NCBI GenBank assembly: GCA_041662265.1
Contig: JBAZSV010000005.1
Span: 124,010 to 188,009 of the forward strand
Source: Sulfurimonas sp.
Lineage (GTDB): Bacteria > Campylobacterota > Campylobacteria > Campylobacterales > Sulfurimonadaceae
DNA length: 64,000 nt
Reading direction: 5' to 3'
Numbering within the stretch: position 1 is the first letter of the stretch; every line of letters begins with the position of its first letter. The position numbers and the translations under genes are program-made. Positions 49,110 to 58,716 of the stretch are shown in pieces. Below the pieces are notes generated by a model. It did no database searches, was not told the DNA's origin, and saw nothing but the letters and a program-made list of their open reading frames with translations.

Positions 49110-49966
49110 GGAATTTCATTCTCCTTTTCAAAAATTTCTTTATAATTGAGTGCGTCCCACTTTATAAACCAAATTGGATTCACTATTCTTGCCATAAATT
49201 TCACTTCGTAATGAAGATGCGGACCGCTTGTGAGTCCTGTGTTGCCAGAATAAGCGATTAAATCGCCTTTTTTAATAAATTGACCTGATTTTATCACAAT
49301 TTTATTTAAATGCGCAAAATATGTTTTAAATCCATAGTTGTGCTGAAGAATTATAAGATTGCCATATCCGCTCTTACCATCAGGTCCTGCAAACTCTACA
49401 ATGCCGTCTGCTGTAGCATTCACAGGCGTGTTCATGTCCGCCCTCATGTCCGTTCCTGCATGGTACTCTATTTTATTTGTTATTGGATGTATTCGTCTTC
49501 CAAAATCACCGCCAATACCAGCGAAGCGAACAGGTGAACCGCTTGGAATAAACTGTAAGAGTGTTACCATATCTTCTGAACTTAACTTTGCAATATCCAC
49601 TCTTTCTTGAAGTGTCATCTCTTCCACAGGTGCAAGTCCTATGAGTGTTTCTATGTCGGAGAGTGATTGAGAAACTCTGTCTAGTTCCTCTTTTTTGCTA
49701 AGAAGTGCCTCTGCAGTAGCATTCATATTATCATTTAATTCTTTGTTTTTCAGCTCTATCTCTTTATAACTTTTTTGCATTGCCATGCGTTTGACATCTA
49801 TTGCTTCCACTTCATGATTAAGATAAAAAATAGTCATGACCGAAACAAAAGCAATAAAACCTAAAAACATTGCCACATAAAGAATTGCTTTTTTTACAAA
49901 ATGGTGTAAATTATATTGCTGTACACCATTGTCATCATGAATGGTAATTGTAAAGTGATTATCCAT
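49022..49966 (-). CDS. M23-family (LytM-type) peptidoglycan endopeptidase
   Basis: 314 aa with an N-terminal TM segment and a coiled coil. M23 motifs are HAGTDMRA and GNTGLTSGPHLHYEV. Confidence 0.85.
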   Translation of the reverse strand: MDNHFTITIHDDNGVQQYNLHHFVKKAILYVAMFLGFIAFVSVMTIFYLNHEVEAIDVKRMAMQKSYKEIELKNKELNDNMNATAEALLSKKEELDRVSQSLSDIETLIGLAPVEEMTLQERVDIAKLSSEDMVTLLQFIPSGSPVRFAGIGGDFGRRIHPITNKIEYHAGTDMRADMNTPVNATADGIVEFAGPDGKSGYGNLIILQHNYGFKTYFAHLNKIVIKSGQFIKKGDLIAYSGNTGLTSGPHLHYEVKFMARIVNPIWFIKWDALNYKEIFEKENEIPWQSLIKATAHIKVPSPTQAQPLSQSVHQ

Positions 49967-51110
49967 TGTTTTTCCAGTTCAAAAATGCTTCTACAACACT
50001 AAAAGAACCAAATACAAGGTAGTTACTGTGTTGATTTATCTCTTTAAAAGAAGTGTATTCTATCTTTAAATCTGTTAAACTCTTTTGAAGTAACGCATTC
50101 TCCTCTACTCTTTCACCCAACACTTCTATAATTTCCACATGCCCTATTATGGGTTTTAAAATTTCTAATATCTCTTTATAGTTTTTATCTTTATAGGTGT
50201 TATAGATTAAAATATATTTTTGCGGATATAAAGAACTTACAAGAGAAGTCGCAGCTAAGGGGTTATGTCCGACATCTATTGTAATATTTTCACTTATTTT
50301 TGTTACTCTGCCAAAAAGCCTAGAGTTATTAAAATCATCCACACAATAACTCAACCCTAGAAAATTTAAAGCACAAATACTTAGTTTTAAATTCTCTTGT
50401 AAATAAAAAGCAAGGGAAAGATTTTTTGAAATAATTTCTATTTTATTTGTATCTTCATCAGACAAAAGTGCATCTATATTGTAAACTTTCACACCTTTTT
50501 GAAGTGCAATTTCTTTTGCAATTTCTTCAACTTCTTGATGTTTTTGATTTGCTAAAATCACACTCTTCTGCATAGCATTTAACTTTGTTGTTGCTATCTC
50601 TTGTATGCTGTTTCCTAAAAAAGCTTCATGGTCACAATCTATAGGTGTTACGAGCGTTAGCACATTAGAAAACACAGCAGTAGCATCATATTCACCGCCA
50701 AGCCCAGCTTCAAGAACTACAAAATCACATCCTTCATAAACTATCATGCACAAAAGAGTTGTATATTCAAAATAACTAAGTGCATCCGAATCAGAAGTTG
50801 TTAAAATTGTTTGAAGTTTTTCATGGGCTAAGTTTAAAACTGCATCCGATACATTTTTCCCATCTAGCCAAATTCGCTCATTAAATTCTAAAATATGTGG
50901 AGATGTGTAATGCCCAACTTTAAACCCAAGAGAAACTAAAGCAGTCGCTAAAAAACGCCCTGTTGTTCCCTTGCCGTTTGTTCCAATAATATGAATGATT
51001 TTTGGAGCATCAAAATAAGATTTTATTGTCTCATACACCCTTGGCATTCGAGTGTAATCAATCTCATTATAATAAAGTGGCTTCTGAGCCAAAAACTCTT
51101 GGAGTGCCAA
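49959..51110 (-). CDS. folC: Folylpolyglutamate synthase / dihydrofolate synthase
   Basis: Mur-ligase P-loop IIGTNGKGTTGRFLA. 383 aa. Confidence 0.85.
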   Translation of the reverse strand: MALQEFLAQKPLYYNEIDYTRMPRVYETIKSYFDAPKIIHIIGTNGKGTTGRFLATALVSLGFKVGHYTSPHILEFNERIWLDGKNVSDAVLNLAHEKLQTILTTSDSDALSYFEYTTLLCMIVYEGCDFVVLEAGLGGEYDATAVFSNVLTLVTPIDCDHEAFLGNSIQEIATTKLNAMQKSVILANQKHQEVEEIAKEIALQKGVKVYNIDALLSDEDTNKIEIISKNLSLAFYLQENLKLSICALNFLGLSYCVDDFNNSRLFGRVTKISENITIDVGHNPLAATSLVSSLYPQKYILIYNTYKDKNYKEILEILKPIIGHVEIIEVLGERVEENALLQKSLTDLKIEYTSFKEINQHSNYLVFGSFSVVEAFLNWKNNG

Positions 51111-51112
51111 TA

Positions 51113-52657
51113 TTACTTCTTATATGCGACTTGATTCCGCCCATCTTTTTTTGCTTTATAAAGATATTCATCTGCTGAATTAATTGCAGCACGAAAAGAA
51201 GAATGCACTTTTCTCTCTGAAACACCGACACTTACAGTTACCGCTATTCTTTGACCTTTATACATAAATTTTGCTTGTTCCACATGCAGTCTCACTTTCT
51301 CTGCAAAAATAGCGCCACCAGCAGTATCGGTTTCACTTAAAATAGCCAAAAACTCCTCGCCACCAAATCTACCAACAATATCCACTGTTCTTGCTTCATT
51401 TTTAAGTATCTTTGCAAAAGCAGAGAGTACTGCATCCCCAGCATCATGCCCGAATGTATCATTTACAGCTTTAAAATGGTCTATATCAAACATAACTACA
51501 GAAAAGTTATGTCCATATCTCTCAAACTCTGCCTCTTTTATAGTTAAAAATTCTTCTAAGGCTCTTTTATTATAAAGTTTCGTTAAAAAGTCCTCTTTAG
51601 ACTCTTGTTTTGCTGCTTCTAAATCACCCTCAAGCTGATGAATTCTTTGACCGAGGATTTTTACTTCTTCATTATGCCCTCTTAAATCCTTGCTTAAAAG
51701 CTCAGTATTTTCTTCCAAAGCTAAAGCTATTGTAAAAAGTTTTTTGTGTGAGAGAGTGAAATTTTTGTCAGGTTCTCCATTATATGCTTCTAACTCACTT
51801 TTGATTTTTTTAATCTCAATTGTAGAATTATCAGATTTTTCAATCATGTCAATAAGTCTTAAAGAGAGTTTATCAAGTACACCATCAATAGATTCTACCA
51901 TCTCTTTAACACTATCTTTATCGAGCGCTATTCTAAGTGAAATTGCAGCTTTTATCTCATTTTCAATACTTGTCGTGTCTAAAAGAGCTGGATTACTTTT
52001 AATTCTTTGACTTAAATCTGCAATTTTTTCATTCACACTTGATGCTATCGAAGGGACAAGTGATGAAACTAAAAGTGAAGATATTTTTGCTAAATCTGTA
52101 TTACTGAGTGTATCATTTATAGGTATTGTTTTAAATTTTTTTATAGTTTCTCTTAAATTTTTAGAATCTACCGTGCCAAAAGAGCTCAAGTTTTGTAAAA
52201 ATGAGTCATCATAAGTTGTAATAAAATTAATCCATAATTGTCTATGCTGTTCTAGTTGAGCAGTGGATGGAGTTTGCGCTAAAAGTTCTATAGTTTTTTT
52301 TGCTAAATCACTCGCCTCTTTGTTATGCAACACTTCTATAACTTGTAAGACTCTTTTAAAAAGCAGAGTTTGAGAATCAAGAATTTCGGAACATTGTGAT
52401 TTATTTGTTCTATTTAATTTAGAAATCAAAAAACGAGTAAGTTCATTCATCGTTGTAATTCTATAATTTGTTAACTCTTTTTGAAAATCTTTCCCTAGCG
52501 TTTGTGTAAATTTATCTAGTTGATTACAATCTTCCGAATTCATTCCAGCTTTTTGAGCCTCTTTACAAAACGCTTCTGCATAAAAATCAGGAGTTAAAAG
52601 TTTACCCTCTAACTCTAATCTTTTCATTGCATTTTTAATTATTGCTTGTATTGTCAT
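51113..52657 (-). CDS. Diguanylate cyclase (GGDEF) with long helical N-terminal region
   Basis: C-terminal MFDIDHFKAVNDTFGHDAGD...RFGGEEFLAIL. The start is set at MTIQ; the track ORF extends to 52711. Confidence 0.8.
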   Translation of the reverse strand: MTIQAIIKNAMKRLELEGKLLTPDFYAEAFCKEAQKAGMNSEDCNQLDKFTQTLGKDFQKELTNYRITTMNELTRFLISKLNRTNKSQCSEILDSQTLLFKRVLQVIEVLHNKEASDLAKKTIELLAQTPSTAQLEQHRQLWINFITTYDDSFLQNLSSFGTVDSKNLRETIKKFKTIPINDTLSNTDLAKISSLLVSSLVPSIASSVNEKIADLSQRIKSNPALLDTTSIENEIKAAISLRIALDKDSVKEMVESIDGVLDKLSLRLIDMIEKSDNSTIEIKKIKSELEAYNGEPDKNFTLSHKKLFTIALALEENTELLSKDLRGHNEEVKILGQRIHQLEGDLEAAKQESKEDFLTKLYNKRALEEFLTIKEAEFERYGHNFSVVMFDIDHFKAVNDTFGHDAGDAVLSAFAKILKNEARTVDIVGRFGGEEFLAILSETDTAGGAIFAEKVRLHVEQAKFMYKGQRIAVTVSVGVSERKVHSSFRAAINSADEYLYKAKKDGRNQVAYKK

Positions 52658-53195
52658 CTCTTCTCTCCTTTGTAGTTTTATCTCGCGCACCCTCAGCAGA
52701 AACCTGTGCAATAAATGATTTAATAGCTTTTTCTGAGCTATACTTTATCGCATCAAATCTCTCTTGATCTGTTAATACCGCATTTGGACTCACACTAAAA
52801 TCATAAGTTCCATTGACTGCATAATTTTTACTCAAACCATTTTTAAGCCTAGCTATATTGAGCGTAACTGTAGTTCTGTATCCTACAACAAACCCGTTGC
52901 TATCGTATTGAGTTGGAGCATATACTGGATTTTGGATTTTTAAAGTAAGATGAGTCTCGGAGGAGTCACGCGTTGTAAGCGAAGCATGAAAAACTTCTAT
53001 AATCGCGCTATCAACCGCATCTTTAATAACAACTGTATTTTCAGGATCTTGTGATGAAATAATAACACTTGTACTTATATTTTCACCTACTGCTTCACGA
53101 GCAAATTTAGAACTCTGCTTATATCCACATGCCGAAAAAAGTGTAGCTACTAAAACTAAAAATATAATGTTGTTGGCATGTGGAAATTTTTTCAT
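52635..53195 (-). CDS. lptE: LPS-assembly lipoprotein LptE-like
   Basis: 186 aa with lipobox TLFSACG. The position immediately downstream of leuS is the conserved proteobacterial leuS-lptE arrangement. Confidence 0.6.
   Translation of the reverse strand: MKKFPHANNIIFLVLVATLFSACGYKQSSKFAREAVGENISTSVIISSQDPENTVVIKDAVDSAIIEVFHASLTTRDSSETHLTLKIQNPVYAPTQYDSNGFVVGYRTTVTLNIARLKNGLSKNYAVNGTYDFSVSPNAVLTDQERFDAIKYSSEKAIKSFIAQVSAEGARDKTTKERRDDNTSNN
53124..53185. repeat. Inverted pair of the abundant motif bracketing the LptE signal peptide
   Basis: TCCACATGCC (53124-53133) and TGGCATGTGGAA (53174-53185). On the minus strand they encode SACGY (lipobox Cys) and KFPHAN. Confidence 0.9.
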
Positions 53196-53197
53196 AC

Positions 53198-55648
53198 TTA
53201 CCCTTTAACTACAAAATTCACAAGTTTTTTAGGAACAACTATCTCTTTAAGTAGAGTTTGCCCCTCTAACCATTTTGCAGCACTCTCTTTTGCAATTTTT
53301 AAGATATTTTCATCACTCTCATCGGTTGCCACTTCTATCTCTGTTCTTCTTTTTCCATTGATTGAAACACCAAGTGTAATAGTGTCTTCAACAAAAACTT
53401 CATCCAAAACTTTTATGCTGGAGAAGTTTTTCAAAGAGAATTTTTCACTGCTGATATCCCAACAAGTGTGAGGAATCACAGGCTCCATGATGGAGCTAAG
53501 AATCCAATACCCCTCACTCCAAACAGCAGAGTTATTTTGAAGATTTAGAGCATTCATAGCCTCCATCACACCTGCAATCATTGTATTAAAAGTATATTTT
53601 TCCGTGTAAACATCGTTTGCTCTCACCAACGCTTCATACACTTTTTTTCTTGCAAACTTCTCTTCTTTACTAAGCGTGGCATGTGCAATTGTAGGAATTT
53701 TATCTGTTTTTGTAATATGGCTTGAACGCTCAAAAAATCTTTTGATAAATCTATACGCACCCTCAACCGCACTATCATTCCACTCTAACTCTTGTGTTGG
53801 AGGAGCGGCGAAGAGTATAAAAAGTCTCGCTGTATCTGCACCATACTTTTCAATAATCGCATCAGGGTCAACCGTGTTGCCTTTTGACTTACTCATCTTT
53901 GCACCATCTTTGAGAACCATTCCTTGTGTGAGAAGTTTATCAAACGGCTCATCAAATTCAATGTATCCTAAATCACGAAAAACTTTAGTAAAAAATCTTG
54001 CGTACAAAAGATGTAAAATCGCGTGTTCAATCCCGCCAATGTAGTGGTCAACACCCATCCAGTATTTTATCTGCTCTGACGAGAAAGCTTCACTTTCCCA
54101 ATTTTTAGGCGATGCACAAAAGCGTAAAAAGTACCATGAAGATTCAACAAAAGTATCCATAGTATCTGTCTCACGAATTGCGTCATTTCCACATGCCGGA
54201 CATTTGCAGTGTTTCCAAGTTGGGTGATTATCGAGCGGATTACCCTCACCCGTTATCTCAATATCTTCAGGAAGTGCGATTGGAAGATTCTCTTTTTTCT
54301 CCATCACCAAACCACAAGCATCACAATGAACAAAAGGAATCGGTGCTCCCCAGTAACGCTGACGACTTACACCCCAATCTTTGAGTTTATAGTTCGTTGT
54401 TTTTTTACCGATTTTTTTCGCTTCAAAATGTTCTATGATTTTTGATTGTGCCTCTTTGGAGTTCATGCCATCAAATTCTTGAGAGTTAAAAAGCACTCCA
54501 ACTTCGGTAAAAGCAGACTCAGAACTTAGTTCACCCTCATACGGTTTGATAACCGAATGAATAGCCAAATCATACTTTTTAGCAAAATCAAAATCTCTGT
54601 CATCATGGGCAGGAACAGCCATAACCGCACCGCTTCCATAATCCATAAGAACGAAGTTTGCAATCCAAACAGGAACTTTTTTGCCAGTTAAAGGATGAAG
54701 AACATCAAGCCCAAGCGAAACACCACTTTTCTCTTTTTGTCTATCAATAGAAGAGGTAGTTTTCATCGCCTTGATTTGAGAAATAACATCTTCTGACAAA
54801 AGAGCATTTTCTATCATGTAAGAGACTATCTCGTGTTCAGGAGCGAGAGCTGTGTAACTCACGCCATAAATTGTATCGGGTCGCGTTGTAAAAACATCAA
54901 AACCTTTGAAGCTATGATTTAATTTTGTAAGAGAAACATCATCAAAAAACAAATCAAACGCCAAACCATTCGATTTTCCTATCCAGTTCTCCTGCATAGT
55001 GAGAACTTGTTTCGGCCATCCGCCTTCAAGTTTTTTCAAATCATTCAAAAGTTCATCACCGTACTGCGTGATTTTGAAGTAGTATTGGTTCATATCTTTT
55101 TTGACAATAGGCGTATCACATCTCCAGCAACACCCCTCAACCACTTGCTCATTTGCAAGAACTGTTTGGTCATGCGGACACCAATTGAGCATCCCTTTTT
55201 TGCGGTACAAAAGACCTTTTTCATACATGTCGATGATAAAAGATTGCTCAAATTTTGTGTAAAGCTCATCCGAAGTTGCGAGTTCTCGCTCTCGTGAGAA
55301 TGAAAAACCAAGAGAATAAAACTCATTTTTCATATAATCAATGTTGTCATAAGTCCATTTTTTTGGATGTGAACCGTTTTTGATAGCTGCATTTTCAGCA
55401 GGCATACCAAAACTGTCAAAGCCGATTGGGTGAAGAACATTGAAGTTTTGTTGGCGGTAGTATCGTGCGAAAGCATCGCTGAGTGTGTAGTTACGAACAT
55501 GTCCCATGTGAAGTCTTCCACTTGGAAAAGGGAACATGCTTAAAATATATTTTTTAGGTTTTGTGAAATCTTCACTCGGCTCAAAACTTTTGTTTTCTTT
55601 CCAAAAATTTTGCCACTTTTTTTCTATTGATTTTGAATTGTATTCCAA
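53198..55648 (-). CDS. leuS: Leucyl-tRNA synthetase
   Basis: 816 aa with the HIGH motif ([11 protein letters not shown]) and KMSKS (AKMSKSKGN). It uses a TTG start preceded by AGGAG. Confidence 0.95.
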   Translation of the reverse strand: MEYNSKSIEKKWQNFWKENKSFEPSEDFTKPKKYILSMFPFPSGRLHMGHVRNYTLSDAFARYYRQQNFNVLHPIGFDSFGMPAENAAIKNGSHPKKWTYDNIDYMKNEFYSLGFSFSRERELATSDELYTKFEQSFIIDMYEKGLLYRKKGMLNWCPHDQTVLANEQVVEGCCWRCDTPIVKKDMNQYYFKITQYGDELLNDLKKLEGGWPKQVLTMQENWIGKSNGLAFDLFFDDVSLTKLNHSFKGFDVFTTRPDTIYGVSYTALAPEHEIVSYMIENALLSEDVISQIKAMKTTSSIDRQKEKSGVSLGLDVLHPLTGKKVPVWIANFVLMDYGSGAVMAVPAHDDRDFDFAKKYDLAIHSVIKPYEGELSSESAFTEVGVLFNSQEFDGMNSKEAQSKIIEHFEAKKIGKKTTNYKLKDWGVSRQRYWGAPIPFVHCDACGLVMEKKENLPIALPEDIEITGEGNPLDNHPTWKHCKCPACGNDAIRETDTMDTFVESSWYFLRFCASPKNWESEAFSSEQIKYWMGVDHYIGGIEHAILHLLYARFFTKVFRDLGYIEFDEPFDKLLTQGMVLKDGAKMSKSKGNTVDPDAIIEKYGADTARLFILFAAPPTQELEWNDSAVEGAYRFIKRFFERSSHITKTDKIPTIAHATLSKEEKFARKKVYEALVRANDVYTEKYTFNTMIAGVMEAMNALNLQNNSAVWSEGYWILSSIMEPVIPHTCWDISSEKFSLKNFSSIKVLDEVFVEDTITLGVSINGKRRTEIEVATDESDENILKIAKESAAKWLEGQTLLKEIVVPKKLVNFVVKG

Positions 55649-55704
55649 CTATTTCTCCTGATATTACAATAATTATGAGTTTAAATGCGTATATTTTATG
55701 TGAA

Positions 55705-55739
55705 GATTATACAAAAAGTATCTTAATAAGTGACTGAAT
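55705..55739 (-). promoter_or_regulatory. Putative leuS promoter (TGTATAAT) plus conserved upstream element shared with yajC
   Basis: Minus strand reads ATTCAGTCACTTATTAAGATACTTTTTGTATAATC, identical at 29 of 35 positions to 58676-58710. Confidence 0.5.
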
Positions 55740-55795
55740 GGAAGCTAGGTAAAGTAAGTAAAGTTTTATATAAAAGAAAAAAACTAATAGTTTAA

Positions 55796-55830
55796 TTCCA
55801 CATGCCAGAGTTTATCCTTGGCATGTGGAA
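55796..55830. terminator. Perfect hairpin built from two inverted abundant-motif copies (secF/leuS intergenic)
   Basis: TTCCACATGCCA-gagtttatcct-TGGCATGTGGAA has a 12-bp stem and an 11-nt loop. It ends 8 nt from the secF stop. T-rich tracts lie a few nt beyond on both strands. Confidence 0.65.
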
Positions 55831-55837
55831 ATGATTT

Positions 55838-56809
55838 TTACATCACTCCTGATTCAAACTGTGAGCGCATTCTCTCTTTTTCAGCTCGATTTTTTACTTT
55901 TTCTGCCATGTTTTGGCGGTAAGCAGATACGCTAAATCCTGTCCAAACAACAAGTTGTGCTGCAACAAAGATGGAGCTGTATGTTCCGACAATAACTCCG
56001 ATAAGCATAGGAAAACTAAAGCCTAACATGATGTCGCCACCAAAAACAAAAAGTGTCAATACAACAAAAAATACTGTTAATGAAGTAAGTGTTGTTCTCG
56101 ACTGTGTACGCGACACCGCTTCGTTGATAATCATAACAAAATCTGTCTCTTTAGACTCTTCTATATGCTCTCTCACACGGTCATAAACGATAATGGTATC
56201 GTGAATTGAGTAGCCTAGAATCATAAGAAGTGCTGCAATACTTTCGATATTAAAATCCACTTCAAAATAAGCAACAAATCCAAAAGTAATAACTATATCG
56301 TGGATAATCGCGATAATTGCCGCAAGTGCAAAACGCCACTCATAACGAAATGTTACCGTTGCCATAATCGCTAAAAGTGTGAGTAAAAATGCACTCAAAC
56401 CTTTCACACGCAACTCATCTCCAACTTTTGGACCAACCATATCCACACGGCGAATCTCAAATTCACCCGTGCCTTTTAAAATCTCTTTGGTTGTATCGCC
56501 GATGTCATTGCTCAAACCAACCGTTGAGGATGGAGTTTTTATAACAACCTCTTGAGATGAACCAAATTCACTTACCATTGCATGTTCAAAAAGCGGACTT
56601 TTTTTAAGACTTTCTCTTATTTTATCAATAGGCGCATCCCCAGTATATTTTACCTGAACAACCGTTCCACCTGTAAAATCTATACCAAAAGAGAACCCTT
56701 TTATTGCCACAACGCCAATAGCCATAAAAAATAAAACGAATGAAGCAACAAAAAAGATTTTCCCTTTTCCTAAAAAGTTATAAACTTTATCTTCTTTAAA
56801 AAGTTCCAT
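55838..56809 (-). CDS. secF: Protein translocase subunit SecF
   Basis: Six TM segments. The start is set at MELFKEDK, directly after the secD stop; the track ORF extends to 56842. Confidence 0.9.
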   Translation of the reverse strand: MELFKEDKVYNFLGKGKIFFVASFVLFFMAIGVVAIKGFSFGIDFTGGTVVQVKYTGDAPIDKIRESLKKSPLFEHAMVSEFGSSQEVVIKTPSSTVGLSNDIGDTTKEILKGTGEFEIRRVDMVGPKVGDELRVKGLSAFLLTLLAIMATVTFRYEWRFALAAIIAIIHDIVITFGFVAYFEVDFNIESIAALLMILGYSIHDTIIVYDRVREHIEESKETDFVMIINEAVSRTQSRTTLTSLTVFFVVLTLFVFGGDIMLGFSFPMLIGVIVGTYSSIFVAAQLVVWTGFSVSAYRQNMAEKVKNRAEKERMRSQFESGVM

Positions 56810-56811
56810 GA

Positions 56812-58392
56812 TTATGCTCCTTTTCTTGTCATACCAAACCACAGAGTGTAGTTTTTATCTTTTTCAATACGACTCATATAAAACTGATAGATGCCATAAG
56901 TTCCAACAATCGCTGTAAGCATTGAAGCTAAAATTCCCATACTGAGTGTTACTGCGAAGCCTTTGATAGCTCCCGTTCCATACGCATATAAAATTGTACA
57001 TGCCAAAATCTGCGTGATATTGGAATCCAAAATCGCACGCATCGCTTTTTGATACCCTTCAGAAATCGCTCTGCTTGTTGGAATTCCCGCACGAAGTCCC
57101 TCACGAATCCTCTCATTAATAATGATATTTGCATCCACCGCAAGTCCGATGTGAAGGACTATACCAGCCATACCAGGAAGTGTGAGCGTTGCACCAAGAA
57201 GTGAAATTACCGCCAAAATGATAAAAAGGTTTACCACAACTGCAAAAGTAGCAATTACACCTGCAAGTCCATAGTAAAAAATCATAAAAAGAATGACCAG
57301 TACAAACCCACTCACAAGTGCCAAAAGTGATGCACGAATACTATCCGCTCCCAAACTAGGACCAACAGAACGCTTTTCCATTACATAAATCGGTACAGAA
57401 AGTGAGCCAGAACGAAGTGCGATTGCCAAATCTTTTGCTTCTACCACTGTATAACTACCAGATATCTGACCGCTACCGCCACCGATACGCTCATTAATAT
57501 TTGGAGCTGAATAGACTTTTCCATCAAGAACAACAGCGAGGCGTTTTCCAACACTTCTGCCTGTAAAATCTCCAAAGATTTCAGCACCCTCAGCGTTGAG
57601 AGTAAAGTTAATAAGAGGACGATTATTTTTATCAAATCCCATCGAAGCATCGGTGAGCATTCCACCATCTAAAATGGGTATAGCATGCACTAAATATTTT
57701 TGTGCAGGATTATTTGCATCTTCTAAAATCACATCCCCATACGATTGTGCATCTGCATCGCTCATGCTATTAACACGCGCTGCTCTATCTTCATCCACCG
57801 CCATAAGTTCGAGTTTTGCCGCACGAGAAATCAACTCTCTTGCTCTTTGCTCCTCTTCTGCAGTTTTGATACCAGCTAACTCAACAAGTATTGCTTCATT
57901 TCCTTGACGGGCTACCGTAGGCTCTGACAAGCCAAATTGATCAAGTCTGTTTCTAATCGTCTCAATCGCTTGGTCTATCGCTTTATTTTGTGTTTTAACT
58001 TTCTCTTCTTCCGTTAAGTTAAGAGAAAAATTTTCACCGTTTTGGGATATTTTTACACCCTCAACTTTACTCAAAAACTCTTTAATATGCTTCACATCAT
58101 CCGCATCTAAGAGCGTAAATGAAACACCAGCCTCATCAAAATCTAGGTTATTGATTAAAATATCTTTTTTTTCACTATAATTTTTAATACTTGCAGCTAA
58201 AGACTTAATGCGTGATGCGGCAGCTTCCTCGGTTTTTACACCAAGAAGCATGTGCAAACCACCTTGTAAATCTAATCCTAATGTAACTTTTTTACCCTCT
58301 TGCGTTTGCAATAAAGAAGGAGCAGAGAAAAACACTCCAAATATTGTTGCGATTGCAAGGATAACTATGCGGTAATTAAGCTTCATTCTCAT
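56812..58392 (-). CDS. secD: Protein translocase subunit SecD
   Basis: 526 aa with a large periplasmic loop and a C-terminal six-TM domain (GLAGVIATFAVVVNLFIILA...). Confidence 0.9.
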   Translation of the reverse strand: MRMKLNYRIVILAIATIFGVFFSAPSLLQTQEGKKVTLGLDLQGGLHMLLGVKTEEAAASRIKSLAASIKNYSEKKDILINNLDFDEAGVSFTLLDADDVKHIKEFLSKVEGVKISQNGENFSLNLTEEEKVKTQNKAIDQAIETIRNRLDQFGLSEPTVARQGNEAILVELAGIKTAEEEQRARELISRAAKLELMAVDEDRAARVNSMSDADAQSYGDVILEDANNPAQKYLVHAIPILDGGMLTDASMGFDKNNRPLINFTLNAEGAEIFGDFTGRSVGKRLAVVLDGKVYSAPNINERIGGGSGQISGSYTVVEAKDLAIALRSGSLSVPIYVMEKRSVGPSLGADSIRASLLALVSGFVLVILFMIFYYGLAGVIATFAVVVNLFIILAVISLLGATLTLPGMAGIVLHIGLAVDANIIINERIREGLRAGIPTSRAISEGYQKAMRAILDSNITQILACTILYAYGTGAIKGFAVTLSMGILASMLTAIVGTYGIYQFYMSRIEKDKNYTLWFGMTRKGA

Positions 58393-58642
58393 ATTTTCTT
58401 GCGATAGAATCTTTTGTAATTTTTACGATTACATCATCATTCATTTTTACACTCAAATGGTGCTCTTCAACTTTATAAACAACTACTATAAAACCACCGT
58501 TTGTGACAACTTTATCGCCTTTTTTAAGAGCTTCAATCATCTCTTTTCTTGCTTTAGCCTCTTTTTGTTGTGGGCGAATAATCACAAAATACATAATTGC
58601 GATTAAAAATACGAATGGTAAAAGTTGACTTATAATTTCCAT
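58376..58642 (-). CDS. yajC: Preprotein translocase subunit YajC
   Basis: 88 aa with a single TM segment, then RPQQKEAKARKEMIEALKKGDKVVTNGG, typical of YajC. Confidence 0.85.
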   Translation of the reverse strand: MEIISQLLPFVFLIAIMYFVIIRPQQKEAKARKEMIEALKKGDKVVTNGGFIVVVYKVEEHHLSVKMNDDVIVKITKDSIARKYENEA

Positions 58643-58675
58643 ACTGAATGTTCCTTTTTATACTAAAATTGTGGC

Positions 58676-58710
58676 GATTATACAAGAAATAGATTAATAG
58701 ATGACTGAAT
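58676..58710 (-). promoter_or_regulatory. Putative yajC-secDF promoter (TGTATAAT) plus conserved upstream element shared with leuS
   Basis: Minus strand reads ATTCAGTCATCTATTAATCTATTTCTTGTATAATC, identical at 29 of 35 positions to 55705-55739. Confidence 0.5.
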
Positions 58711-58716
58711 TTGAAG

